A stretch of 64,000 nt of DNA from Antedon mediterranea (lineage: Eukaryota > Animalia > Echinodermata). Below the pieces are notes generated by a model. It was not told the origin of the DNA and did no database searches. It saw only the letters and a program-made list of their open reading frames with translations. The position numbers were made by a program, and so were the translations under genes. Shown piece by piece: positions 38,821 through 52,223 of the stretch (the stretch's first letter is position 1; each line of letters opens with the position of its first letter). The stretch is taken from positions 10,535,812-10,599,811 of the forward strand of contig NC_092675.1 of assembly GCF_964355755.1 (NCBI RefSeq), read 5' to 3'.

Positions 38821-39837
38821 TACACCCTGCTACTAAGTCTGTCAAGATCACTTCTAATGGGCGCATGACAACAGGACAGATCACTAACGGTGATCTCCTT
38901 ATCCCCAGACCGAAGAGTACTTAAATGCTACAACTTTCTTTAATTCTCTTCCGTTAAATAACTCTTCCTTGTTTAATTGCTTCCTATCTCCTGTTCTATC
39001 TTCTCTCTTAGATGGCCAATTTATTGTTTGACTGATTTTTCTTAGATATACTGTTACCCTGCTTGGTCTCGATGGTAAATTCCATTCGAAACCTACCCAC
39101 CTCATTTTTTAAGCTTCAGACGTTGGGATGTATGGCAACTCCAAAAAGAGTAAAAACAACTGTTGGAGGCGAATAAAAGAAAATGCCGCAAATTTTAGAA
39201 AACTATGTGTTGTGATTGACTAATAAAAATGTCTGCGTGAGAGAATTGTGGAGAGCGTGTGACAAAGACTGCCATTTTGGAATGTGTTTTGATTACCGAT
39301 CAACTGGACCCGATCTTCCGACAATAGACCTATCAAGGGAGTAGTCTGGGAGAGATGGGATGGGTACGGCCGCATATTTCGAAGTATAATAAGTGCAACT
39401 TCCGAGGACCTAGCAGTTCTATCTTCCAAAATGTTCCTAGCTCAGCCCCAGTCAAGGTCTGGATGCCGGAGACATATATTTTGTTTCATAGAAGTAGGCC
39501 GGTAATAATAAGTCCAATTTCTAGGGACCTGGCAGTCTTTTTTTTCAAAATGTCCTTAGCTCCACCCAAACCATTGTAGGCTGGTCATGTTGACTTTTGT
39601 TTCATATTTCAATGTATAAGTACAATTTCTGGAGAACTAAGCAGTTCTATTTTTGAAAATGGTGGAGCTGCAGTCGTGGTGAGTCATATTTGGTTTTATC
39701 ATGTAACGTGCCATTTCCAGGGGGCTTAATAGCTCTATTTAAAAAAATTTAGGTCAGCCCCAGAGGGGAGGAGATTACTACCGCATTTACATTGTTCGCA
39801 TCTCACCAGACAGCAATCCACATATTCCTCTGCAATA

Positions 39838-40480
39838 CTTTATATCATATATGGTGATGAGGTGTTTGCGGTAACCGTTGATGGTGACGTGATGGATATT
39901 TGTATTTGCACTACCTTTGTCTAATTTTATACACTGAGTTATACAGATACAACCTAAAATTACACTAGATTGTCCATAAAAGAGATAACGTGATGTGTTT
40001 GTTGTACCAGGCGGGGTTGACGTGATGGGTATCTTATAATATCACGTTATCTTGCATCACTCTTTCAATGATACAGGATGTGTTTGCAAACACTCCACCT
40101 TTATCATACACATAATGTGTATTTAATATACAGTGTTATTATTTTTATTGATAGGAAAACACAGCTAGGTTTTTCTTCTAACTTCTAAATGAACTGTGAT
40201 TAATAGAATAACAAGTGTATGGATATGTATGGTGGTTCACAATCCACAGTAGATTATTACTTAGTTACAAATTGTGTATTTTAGGGACAATTTTTATGTA
40301 GATATAGTACTAATATAGTTCTGGTAATCACAATAAGTTTACAATACGCCTGAGCTTATTTTGTTACTGGTACATAACATTAATTCAATGATTAAATTTT
40401 ATTGTTATTTTAACGCTGGTTAAATACAATGTTCAGTAGAAAATGTTCAGTTACTGGCTATCCGATTGATTGCTGATGTC
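39838..40480. repeat. Direct repeat, copy 2 of 30280-30820
   Basis: Sequence identity to copy 1. Confidence 0.85.
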
Positions 40481-40679
40481 AAAGTTTGGTGTTAGATTTT
40501 TAGAAATCAAACATATTATACACTTTTCATTATAATACATTGTTTAGCTCGTTTTTAAAGCCAAAACGAGCAAGATTGTACCCTTAAGTTGATTCGAAAT
40601 CAGTAATTTCCATCAACCCATTTACATGTCCCTTTTAAGAAAAATGTGATATGCCGAGCTTAAGAACGAGTGTAGTTTT

Positions 40680-41170
40680 AAACATTATATTGAACAAAAT
40701 AATTGTGAGTATAGTACGGTATCTTGAAAAGTTACAATTAGAAGAGGATCTTTCAAGGCGATAATCTTCCACCGTTGTTGTTTGTAATTTGCATGCTGCC
40801 AATAACGAAGGTCCTTCGAAAATCAGGTTATGCTATCAAAGAGGACAATTTGATGGTAAACCATCTCTTGTAAATGAATGATTTGAAACTCTTTGGAAAG
40901 AGTAAGTGGGACATCGGCAGTTTGATTAGGAAGGTAAAAGTAATCACTAAAGATATAGGAATGGATTTCGGTTTAAAGATATTTGGTATAATTTACAATT
41001 CAGTAATAATAGGATGGCTATAAGTACCTTGGGATATTGAAGTTTGATAAATTCAAAGAAAGGTAAATTAAACACAAATTGAAACATGAATATGAAATGG
41101 ACGAAATTACCAGTAAAGTCAAAATTAGATGGAAATAATACTAATATGAAGGCAATAACAACCGATTCTG
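40680..41170 (+). pseudogene. Degenerate R4/Dong-like RT fragment
   Basis: FQGDNLPPLLFVICM, NHLL*MNDLKLFGK, DIGMDFGL, GYKYLGI. Confidence 0.7.
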
Positions 41171-41970
41171 CTACTGTCCCTAGGTGTTATCTGTAAAACT
41201 ATAGCAAGTCATACACGTTGCTGTCTGCCTAAATGCTGTACTTTTAACACGGTACATGGTCTGTAGCACAGTGTCTGTATGTTGACAATTTACAATGATG
41301 TACAACACCCGGTACAACCATAGACAGGTTTTCGTACTGCCATGCAAGAATGGATAGGTGTTTTCCGCCGCTTTTAGGCCTTCTAGTCAATTATTGTTAT
41401 TGATTATACGAATTACGTAATTAGTTTGGTAGCACATCTACCTTTTTAGCGGGGCATAATGAATATTGTAGCTAGGCTAGGCCTACTAGTCTAGCTGGAA
41501 ATCAACCAATTATTTGGTTGGTACGAGTTTAGGGTAGGAAGTTTAGTACGAGTTGACATGGGTACGAGTCGACCAGGGGGTGAATCGACCAGGGTACATC
41601 CACTACCCGCCCTACTAGAGCATAGGTTATAGGCCTGCATGAATGTGAAATCTGGCCTAGCTATAGGCATAGGCCTACATTGGGACGCCCAAAAAAGCTA
41701 TCCTATGAGCATAAAAAGGCATCGTAGAGCCAGACGTGTTAGCCTATACTACACAGTACTACCATTGTAGTTCCATGGTACTACGGATCACTGCTATCTA
41801 GGCCTAGGCTAGCAGGCTAGGGTAGGGTCCAGTAATTTCGGTCGCGTTTTCGGCCTACGTATCAGGAGGGCATGTGAGAGGTGAGGTAGGTTAGCCCAGC
41901 TAGGCTAAACTAGGGATCGAGTTGGCATGGGGGTGCGGGTTGACCCTTATCCGTATACTAGGGTGCTGTT

Positions 41971-44399
41971 CAAAATACGGTAAATCGCGCGTTATTTCTA
42001 GAATGTTTACTCGATGGTATATAAAGTTAGTTAGAATCTCGGTAATGATGTTAACCACCTGATGTAACCCTGTTTACTAATTAAATTGAGTTACATAATT
42101 AGTTATTGACGATTAAAACGATTTTCCCCAAATAGGGTTGTTTTCGGATCGTGGTATACACTGTCTTATGGATGTCCTCATGAAAAATACCTGCACACAA
42201 TAATACGAGGATGCTTCGCATTTTTCTATTTCCTCCTACGATAATTGTTTTTAATAGCTGAAAACCGGTTGAACAGTTCGATTACAGTATCATAATGTTG
42301 AAGACAGGCCGATTTTCTTTAAAAAATACTATTTTGATAGATTTAATATACGTTTATACAAATGTATTGATTTGCGATGAATGGAACATTCCAATCTCTC
42401 AGACTCCCAGTTTGTAGGTAAATTTATGAGCCCTTGGTTTAACACAAGTAGGTAAATTTATGGGCCCTTGGAGAATAAAACTAGTATTGCAATACTTTGA
42501 CAATATTGTAAATACTGTACGTATTAACCATTTTTGGTCGCCATTTGAATCGAAATTGTCTTACTTGTGAATGTGGTTACTGTTAGATATATAAACAAAA
42601 TATACAAAGAACATTTATTACTGTTGACTGTGGGTAGATTACTGACAGTTGCTTCTCAACGTTTTTGTATTAATTAATAATTACTAGATGGTACGCTCGC
42701 TTCGCTCGCGTACCATCTAGGTCGTGCCCACAGATGGTTCTCGAATACATAATAATTTCAGCGTTAAAAAACTGGCGATTTCAAATGTACGTACCGCAGG
42801 ACAATAATATTACATGTCGTGTACAGGAACGAATAAATAGACAGGGTTGAGGGATGGGGAAGAGGATGGGTGCAAAGAGGAACAATGTTAAAATATATTC
42901 TTTATCCATTTAGTAACGAAATATTAATTGCTTTCATGTTTTACAAATAATATACCACTAAACACAGTAAAACATTGCGATGTAATACTTTGTTGAAACT
43001 ATCACCGTCCTAGTCGATTGAAATAGTACAGCACATGTAACGATACATCACTACGACGTGTATATGTTTATAATATAATGTAAAACAATTTGTGAAAACC
43101 ACCTCTATTCGGGGAAAATCATAAATTCGATTTAATCGTCAATAAATATTAAATTATCTAACTCAACTTAATTAGTAGGCCTAATGGTTTTCAATTGTTT
43201 CTTAGAGCCAATTCATACTTAAGTTGGTTCCTACCCTACCCACCAAAGTTGTTCTGCGTTTAGGGCATGTGATGTACCGTAGGCCTATTCTCTACTGGTT
43301 TTACAACGCTACTTATGCCAGTGAGGGAAAGGTGATGATGTGTGTGGTTTAACTGCAATAATAAAGATTTGTACATAATATACGGCGAGTGAAGACGCTA
43401 GCTCATTATCCGTTTAAAAAAAAATTATATCCAACCTCTGCAGCACAGATTGAAAACAAAAATGGATCGAATTTCGAGTATACAGTACTGTACTTGCCTT
43501 TACGACGCCTGAGGGAATAGACACTTGTGAAACAGAGATTGGAATGTTCCATTCATCGCAAATCAATACATTTGTATAATCGTATATTAAATCTATCAAA
43601 ATAGTATTTTTTTAAGAAAATCGGCCTGTCTTCAACATTATGATGCTGTACTCTAGCTGTTCAACCAGTTTTCAGCTATTAAAAACAATTATCGTAGGAG
43701 GAGATAGGAAAATGCGAAGCCTCCTCGTATTTTTGTGGCGGGTATTTTTCAAGATGGACATCCATTAGACAGTGTATACCACGATCGGAAAACACCCCTA
43801 TTTGGGGCAAATCGTTGAACCTAAATTCGTTTTAATCGTCAATAACTAATTACCTAACTCAATTTAATTAGTAAACAGGGTTACATCAGATGGTTTAAAT
43901 CAGTACCGAAAGTATGAACCAACTTTATATACCATCGAGTAGAAATTCTAGAAATAAACCGAGATTTACCGAATTTTGCCCTTACGTAAATTTATATATA
44001 GATAAAAAATATAAACGTCGTAGTGGTGTATCGTTACATGTACTTTACTATTTCAATCGACTATAACAGTTTAAAAAAAGTATTATAAATCGTAAATGTT
44101 TTACTGTGTTTAGTGGTATATTATTGATAGGCCTATAAAACCTCTTCTTTCCCATCCATCAACTCTAATGTTATATACAAAACACAAATTGTGTTTGTTT
44201 AAATGAGTTCAAATAAAAAAAAATCGGACTCATTTTTAAGACAAGGCCTAATTCCCAGGGTGCTAATTTTACGTAAATCATCGTGTCTATTTATTCGTTT
44301 CTGTAAACGACAATGTACTATCCTGCGGTAGGCCTACGTACATTTTTTACGCTGAAATTACTGTGTATTCGAGAACCATTTGTGGACACGACCATCTAG
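41971..44399 (+). mobile_element. Helitron H1 copy (5'-truncated, 3' hairpin deleted) split by a nested H1 copy
   Basis: 41971-42683 matches the 5' half of 4986-6288 and 44003-44399 matches its 3' half, ending CATCTAG|T. Confidence 0.8.
42684..44002 (-). mobile_element. Helitron H1 copy inserted in opposite orientation into another H1 copy; carries an internal insertion ~43060-43540
   Basis: A|CTAGATGGTACGCTCGCTTCGCTCGCGTACCATCTAG at 42684 and ...AAATTTATATATAGA|T at 44002. Confidence 0.8.
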
Positions 44400-45489
44400 T
44401 AGTACACAATTAATACAGTTATTAATTGAAAATACAAACATCAAACGTTAAGCTTATTTTAATATAAACACAAAAGTTAAAATTAATCATTGGTTATCCA
44501 CACTTGGCGGATAAACCCTTGTTATTTTTTCAGGACAGAATTTCGCGATAACGCGTATTTAAAATTTCAAAATGCGCAAAATTAATTTATAATCAATTTC
44601 GCGTACATTTCAGGTCATTTTGACTTCTACTTCTGTTGTAGATTTCATTTATTTGATTTACTTTGGTTGCAACATAACGACGTACGTGCACGTTAAACTT
44701 TAGGAATCGTTTGCTAAAGAATAGGTAATTTAATGCAAATTTGTGCAAAAATATATCTATTTGTAATCAGCTATAGCTCCTCGGGATGGCTGGTTACGTA
44801 TTGTGTTATGGAAGCTGATGAGTTGTAGATATCAATTCATGTAAAATGTGTACCTACTGGATGTTTTGACGTCACCATATGGCCACTCGAATTTAAAAAT
44901 AGAATTTTTTAATTTAATAGAGTGCATCGGGCTAATGCGTTCCCGTTTTCTCCTAAATTTTATTATATATTCTTTCTCAATCAATTCTCTTTCACATGAG
45001 TTACAAAAAGGTTAATTGTCGACGTTCATATATAGTTTAAAGATGTATTGTCCCTTGAAACACAAAAAATGAAGGTCAAAATAATATAGATTTAAATTGG
45101 CCATATAAAAGTAATATTAAAGTTATTCACTTTAAGTCGAAAATTCAAGCCAAAAACAACAAGTTTACGTAATTAACCGGTAAATTAATTTGATTACATT
45201 TTGCTGGAAAATCGTCGCGAGCGAAAGACAAAACAAACAAACAAGACTTCAAACCATGAGTATGCATTATGCATGATGCTAATTAGGATTGTTTACAACT
45301 CGTCACGGTTTGAGAAGGTGTTTTCACACAGATCGCAAGGAAGTGTTATGATTATGCATACAGAGTAGCCAAACAAGCGCGTTATTATGAGATATGTTTT
45401 GATCAAAAAGTACTCACTCCTAATTTGACTAGTGTTACCCACTTGACTTCATTATCTAAGACGACACATTCGCTTTCTTAATGAATCTT

Positions 45490-45990
45490 TATCAGTTTTA
45501 TAATTTTGTTTGATACATTGGTGCACTGAATCGAAAGCTTTTTAAATTCGCGAATGTAATTATGTCATTTGTATAAAGTTTACTGCCATTCTACAACTTG
45601 CTCAACAATATTTCGCAGGACAAATATTTGTTCCAATGTGCTTCTGCCTTTTCTAAAACCAGCTTACTCAGCTCTTAGCATTTTGTCCAGCCACTTGATT
45701 AACAATCTACCAAATGATTTGCTAGGATCAGCGGTAAGTGTTATTCCTGTCCGCATTCATTAAGGTCATCTTTCCTTGGTAATTTTAAGCTCATCTGTAT
45801 ACATGTTTTTAAAACTTCTTCTTTATTCCATATATGGTCTTAAATAGATTTTCGAGACAATCAATATATATTTATGTCGGCTTTTAGCAATTTAGCTGTC
45901 TAAACCTCCAGATTTACCATTTTTCATTTTCTGTACTGGTGTTCTGATCTCTTTTGAAATATATTTGGTTTTGTTAAATCCTTTGTTGTA
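45490..45990 (-). pseudogene. Degenerate RTE-clade RT fragment
   Basis: Minus strand AGFRKGRSTLEQIFVLRNIVEQVVEW ... KAFDSVH. Confidence 0.7.
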
Positions 45991-46200
45991 ATTTCCTGTG
46001 TTTATGAAAGCATTTTATTCCAATCAATTTAAATCGATGTATAATTTTCATAAAATGTAATTCCTAAAAAGTTAGGCCTACATTGCGGCATAAAGATAAA
46101 GACATAATTATGAAGATAAGTAGGCCTACCGTTGATAACAAAATTGGTGAAATATACAATATACATATTTTATATTTAAAATTGTACTGTACAGATAATT

Positions 46201-46292
46201 AACAAGGCCATATACATGGCTGTAGTCGCGTGCTCAAATTTGAGTTAGTGTTAAGGCCTACCGACCAACCGACCGACCGACATAGTGAGTTT
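46201..46292 (-). mobile_element. HINE family A fragment
   Basis: AACAAGGCCATATACATGGC...AGTCGCGTGC...(CCGA)n CATAGTGAG. Confidence 0.6.
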
Positions 46293-47384
46293 TACAATTA
46301 TTTAACATGTCCCTCGAACATAGCAGAGTGAAAATATAATATTTTATCCAGGGAAGAGTGAATTTACACTGCTTCCCTAATTTTGTCACACCCCATCGCC
46401 TCGATCCTGTAGACCTGAATGATGGGAAAAGCCCTGTACTTAGCAGGTAGCGGGACGATTCGGCCCTGCGAGACGATTCGGTACTGTACATAATGTAAAC
46501 AGGTTACGCCCTCTGTTGTCTGTTTGGCGAATGCACAAAAAAAAGCTTTCAAATAATAATTGCATATAAAATTACCTTTTTTGTTAGTAATTTATTTTAT
46601 TATATATTTCAGCATTATCAAAATCAATAAAGTATGTTTTTAAATGGTAGTTCCAACAGCTTTAAAAACTGTATAAATACCCCAAAAAATGTATATTAAC
46701 AACCATTCATTGGTTTCGACTAAAGTGAGACGTTTAGGCCCATAAAGTGGGACTTTTCGGCCCAAAAATTGGCCAGAATCATCTCAGGGCCGATCGTCCG
46801 GGAATCCATAGCACGTGGTTTCAGCAACGTACAGACCTCTCTCTGAGACATTTTCTAGAAAATCACGTGTACCTCTTTCGAACAGCGATGGCAAGGGGAA
46901 ATTCAATAACTGGCGGTGAATAAAGGTAAGTGATATGCCAATAATCAAACAACATTCCGAAAAGATTAGAAAAAGACTATGTTATTTGATTGGCTATAAA
47001 AATTGCGAGATTCTGGAGCGTGGGTGAAAAAGACTGCCATTTCGGTATATGTTGTGATTACCGATCGTCTGTACCCGATCGTCCAAAAATCGACATAATG
47101 ATACTAGGCCTAAAATCACACTTTAGCAAATAAGCTTAGTCCTAACCTAAAAGTCTATGTAGACAATAATTTAATAAATTTTGATATTATAATGATAAAT
47201 AGTGTAATCGTAAAATATAACTCGCCATACGATGACGTCACAACATCCGATAGCCAAAATGCTTTAATATCTATAATTCAGCAGCTTCCATAATACGTTT
47301 TAATAAGGGTAATTTTTTATTCTAATGATCTATAAGAGATTAAAATATACTGTAAAGATGACATTTAGTAACCCATGTAATTCT

Positions 47385-48148
47385 CATTCCCTCCTAAAAG
47401 CGGCCACCTCGTAAGGGATCACCTCCACCACGGCAACTATCCATAGTATGCGGCCTCCCTTGCCAGTTTCTTAAAACAAGCGACAACGCATGCACCTCTT
47501 ACAAACGATCACCTTTCGAGATGACCACATCATGGACCACTTCTCGTAACTTCTCTTTTAAACGACCACCAACTCTCGCTAAGAACCGCTTTTCATAATT
47601 GTAGGGAACCACTTCAGACAGTGGTTTTTGTGTGCTTTGAAAATGTATTTTTTTATATATTCAAAAACATATAATTATTGGTGACGTTAAAGGCTATATA
47701 TAAACTTATGCCTAAACTGATCATGGGAAAGTGTGATGCAAAAATGGTGAAAACTAATGCCATTTAATATATTCCAATAAATAAAGGTTTGTTATTATAC
47801 TAATATACATCATTGAAATACATATTCATATTCATTTCATCTTATTAAATGTAAATTTTGATTTCTTTTATTAAAGTATAGGCCTACGATATTTTCATTA
47901 GGATATTTCCAAAATTAAATTGTCTTTTATCATCTAATTTTATATAATAGGGCTAAGTATTGAAACAAGCCTACAAGATAAATTCAACATAGCCTACCTT
48001 GAATTTTTGATCATCAGTAGTATCCTATCAAATACTATGTGGCAAATCAATTCGCAAAGCCGCCAGAAACAATTACTAAGCGTGGTCTACATTAGCTGGA
48101 GGTTTTACTACATATTCGGTTGATTGTCCTATATTAGAGGTTGTAACA
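47385..48148. repeat. Degenerate relative of the 34782-36241 foldback element
   Basis: GACCACCTC..GTAAG repeats at 47390-47600 and right-end motif TCTACATTAGCTGG...GGTTGTAACA at 48086-48148. Confidence 0.5.
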
Positions 48149-48648
48149 TGGCTCACGTAAAATCATTATGCTATCATATATTTGACATAATATATAGTCT
48201 AAACACTCCAGGTTATATTTCCGACCTACGAATTTTGTAGACATCTGTTTTTTATACAGAAAATACTACAATATCAAATTATATCAGAGTGCGTAGGCCT
48301 GTTCAATTAGGTTTATAGCACCAGTATTGAAAGATCCACATGATGGATATAAACTACTGTTATTTTATTTTTATGGAGCTTTCAATGCCATACGCTTTGA
48401 TGTGTTGTCCATCGTCCACCAAAACTGTGTCGAGAGGTGAGAAAGCCTTCCTAACTTCCCCGCTTGCGCAAAAATGAATTAACATGACCTAACTTGATCA
48501 AAATGGTTTGACGTAATTTGTACTGTATACTAAGTATATTGATAATAATAGTCGGAAGTAATTCTCAGGTGGGACTTGAACCCACGACCTAATACTTCTG
48601 GACCACCAAGCTTGCGCTGATGGCTAAATATTAGATTCGAGCCCAGCG

Positions 48649-49197
48649 TGAGCTTGTTTGATAAATGAATTGAACAAGGCCCTTGAAACGAAGTATTTTG
48701 TAATATGTTTGCTGCAGTGACTGCTGCACCAACATTGTAACTACTGTGGTGTAGCAACTGATCAACACACTGACGCAAAGCTACTCCACAGCAGTTACAA
48801 ACAATTACAATCATGACTTAACTTGAATCGAAGCATAGAGATATTCTCTATGATAATATCTCTATGATCGAAGACATCCCTATTTGTTAATTGAGACATT
48901 TTTTTAGCACTTTTTACTTTTATTAATTGATTTACTGAGGATGACGTAACAATTGATGTTTCCGTAAATCATTAAACACATCGATAATCCCTCACTTTTA
49001 GAAGAATAAACAGGAAAGAGAAACAATGTCTGTTGTTTATTTTGTGGCTATTGGTGCGTTTAAAGTAAAGTTTATCAACCGACACAGTAACCCCGCTAAC
49101 GTTACTTTGCTAATTTCGGGAGCATGAGCTTGTTTGATAAATGAATTGAACAAGGCCCTTGAAACGAAGTATTTTGTAATATGTTTGCTGCAGTGAC
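48649..49197. repeat. Perfect 73-bp direct duplication (48649-48721 and 49125-49197) upstream of the TGF-beta gene
   Basis: TGAGCTTGTTTGATAAATGAATTGAACAAGGCCCTTGAAACGAAG...GCTGCAGTGAC occurs twice. Confidence 0.9.
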
Positions 49198-49349
49198 ATT
49201 ACAATTTTACCGCGTAACCAGCAACTGCTGATTGATTACATTAGGCCTATATTAAACAAACGCAAGTTCAAAGATAACAAATTCTTTCAAAATTAGCGGG
49301 CTCTCTGTTATAATAATCATCCAGTAGAACTTTGGTTTATTCTAGAAGC

Positions 49350-49385
49350 GACCGCCCACTTTTGCTCGGAGCTATATATAATAAG
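49350..49385 (+). promoter_or_regulatory. Putative core promoter (GC box CCGCCC + TATA box CTATATATAA) of the TGF-beta-family gene
   Basis: TATA-like element about 70 bp upstream of ATG 49445. Confidence 0.5.
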
Positions 49386-49444
49386 AAACGATCCACTTAC
49401 ATTCAGTCGATAATCTTTGGTACTTAAAGGTCCATTAATATATT

Positions 49445-49784
49445 ATGTATTCCCATGCCATTCAACTAGTGTGTATCCTGTTAATCGCTGCAGGCGCTAA
49501 GGCTTGTTTGCGTGAGGGTGTGCACACAGAACGCCAGCAACGTGGTATCGGCGAAAACGATTCAAAAAGACCAAGAAAAAACGACATTGGCAAAGCTTTA
49601 GAGTTAGCAACAAAACAAACTATTATGAAATTGCTTTCAATCGATGAGTCATTCATTAACGAATTAAACAGAGTTCCTCCTGAGCAGATACCAGAAGACA
49701 AATTAAGAGAGTACGACAACTTAGTACTAAAGAACCAGATACAGAGTGGCAAAACAGACATCCTTTTCAACATAACAGATGAAG
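49445..49784 (+). CDS. TGF-beta superfamily ligand precursor, exon 1 (signal peptide + prodomain N-terminus)
   Basis: MYSHAIQLVCILLIAAGAKA signal peptide; prodomain helix ALELATKQTIMKLLSI; donor G|GTAAGT, phase 1. Confidence 0.85.
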
Positions 49785-50709
49785 GTAAGTCGGTTCTATC
49801 ATTAAGATAAGTAGTTTAAAGTGGTGGTTTAACATAATCACCAAGAAAATCGGTCGCACAATATTTGTTGAGTTGAAAAGATTATTTAGAAGGTTTGTTC
49901 AGTTTATTTACGACTTATGTATGGGTTAGGTACTAAACTGTTTCTTTTAAAATCGTACGGCCGATATCGTTGATTATCGTTGATTATAGTATGAACATTT
50001 TGAGAGTTATCACACCTCCTAGTTTTATTAACATCACCATTCAAGGTCATGAATCTTTCCACAATAATTTTTTAAATACGGGTAAAATTACAATGTGTAG
50101 GTGACGCTTGACGACCCCGCTGCCGTACTTGTCTTCCTCCATACCTTCCAATGAAAGACGATGGCTTTGAATTGATAGTAGGTATGTCTGTCGTGTGCCA
50201 TCCACAGCATCGGTCTGAGATAAAAATTAATTGGTATGGTTTAGATAGCTAAAACTTAGTTCAAGTATTGTTTATTCTTAAACTTATTTAGAACCTTATT
50301 TGTTCACTAAATAAGGTATTAATCTAGCAAACATTGACAGTTACAATAATAGTCTGTTAATTGCATTGTATTTGCAAATAATAATAGGGCTATCAATACT
50401 CAATTCGTTTACTCCTACACAAATATAACCTTTAATAACTTTAGGACGCATGGTATTGTTATACAGTTAGGGGTAGGCCTACTTTATGCCAATAATAAAA
50501 TATGTTTATGCATTTATTATATTTAAGAATTCACTGAATGTTTTTATCAGATGTATTATGATGTTGTACACGACTTGACCATTCGCATTTACAAATCAAA
50601 TACAAGTATAGAGGATTTGACATTTAGCCTACAATAATTTATTTTCGATTTTGGAGTATACTACGATGCCAATTTATAAATCATTTGCATAATGTTATAC
50701 ACTCATGTT

Positions 50710-50868
50710 AGCTTATTTTCCACTAGGCGATTTTGTTCGCGCGAATTAAAAGCGCCAGCTTATACGCATGCGTATTCATGTTTCCATCTTCCGAATTACT
50801 CTATACGCATGCGTATAAGCTGACGCTTTCGATTCGCGCGAACAAATTCACCTAGTGGAAAATAGTCT
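50710..50868. mobile_element. Palindromic Harbinger-like MITE in the TGF-beta intron
   Basis: AGCTTATTTTCCACTAGGCGATTTTGTTCGCGCGAAT ... ATTCGCGCGAACAAATTCACCTAGTGGAAAATAGTCT. Confidence 0.75.
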
Positions 50869-51221
50869 TTGGTGTATATACTTTATTTTATGAATATTAG
50901 CAATAACCAATTACGGTTAGCCTCTACCCTAGACATACATAGTTTTTTTTAATTTCTAAAAGAAAAAGGATGTTGGTATATTTTAAATATTGTTCTACTA
51001 TTATCTACTACTATTGTAATACTACCTATCTAAAAAATGTAAATATGTAAAAAATACAAATTATATGTTTTCAACCTCTGACCTCAATTTTCTCGTTTTT
51101 ATATTTTTTTCAACTTTCTGACCACATAAGCAGTCGCCAATGCCTTTTCCAAATTTAGGTTTACCCAAAAACAAACAAAATAATTTTAAAACAATTAATT
51201 AATTTAAAAAAAACTAATACC

Positions 51222-52061
51222 CGCGTACAATCTAGGTCGTGCCAACAGATGGTTCTTGAATACACAGTAATTTCAGCGTAAAAAACTGGCGATTTCAAAT
51301 GTACGTACAGTACAGTACAGTTTCGTTCCTCCCACTGATGCCAGTCGCATCCAAGAGGCAGTCTTCTCTAGCATCCAAATATATGCTGGTCTTGACTGGG
51401 TTAGCTTCTTACGTACGTACGTACCGCAGCACTATTATACATTGTCGTTTACAGAAACGAATAAATAGACACGATGAGTTATGTATTCAATTTTGTATGT
51501 AACATTAGGGTTGAGGGATGGTGAAATGGATTGGTACAAAGAGGAACAATTTCTAAATATATTCTTTATCCACTCAGTAAAGAAATCATATTTTGTTCAT
51601 GTTTTATATGCCTTTGAATAATATACGACTAAATACAGTAAAACATTTGCGATTAAATACTTTGTTAAAACTGTCACTGTCATAGTCGATTGAAATAGTA
51701 GGGCCCTAAAGTACATGTAACGATACTACGATGTCAGTAATAAAGTTTATTTGTATATTGTGCGTTTATGTATATATAACAGCCTACCCACACTCAGAGT
51801 TATACGTTTATTTGTACATGTGTTTATATATCTAACAGTACCCACACTCGCAGTAATTTGCGATTCAAAAACCGATTTTCAGTTATCAAAAAGATAGGTA
51901 AATGCGAAACATCTTCGTAATTTAAGCCTAATTAGTAAACAGGGTTAGGGCCTACAAGGATGGTTAAAATTAGTACCGAAAGTACGAACCAACCGTATAT
52001 ACCATCGAGTAAACATTCTAGAAGTAACGCGCGAATTTGGCCTTACATAAATTTATATAGA
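51222..52061 (-). mobile_element. Internally deleted Helitron H1 copy in the TGF-beta intron
   Basis: Homology to 4986-6288; 5' end ...AAATTTATATAGA|T at 52061; 3' hairpin partly lost; ~110-bp insertion at ~51308-51415. Confidence 0.8.
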
Positions 52062-52115
52062 TGCTACGCTGATTTTTTTTAAACCATGTGTATTATATAA
52101 AGTCATTTTAATTAT

Positions 52116-52223
52116 TTTTAGTCGCGTGGACGCGACTCTATAGTTCACTATGTCGGTCGGTCGGTCTGTCGGTCTGTCGGTCTGTCTGTCGGTCCGGTGT
52201 CACTATGCGTTTTAGCACGCGAC
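52116..52223 (+). mobile_element. HINE/DINE-like element, family A, complete short copy
   Basis: TTTTAGTCGCGTGGACGCGACT palindrome, (GTCK)n microsatellite, 3' sub-TIR GCACGCGACT, GGCTGTTGGCC hairpin, TTGTT end within a T-run. Confidence 0.75.
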
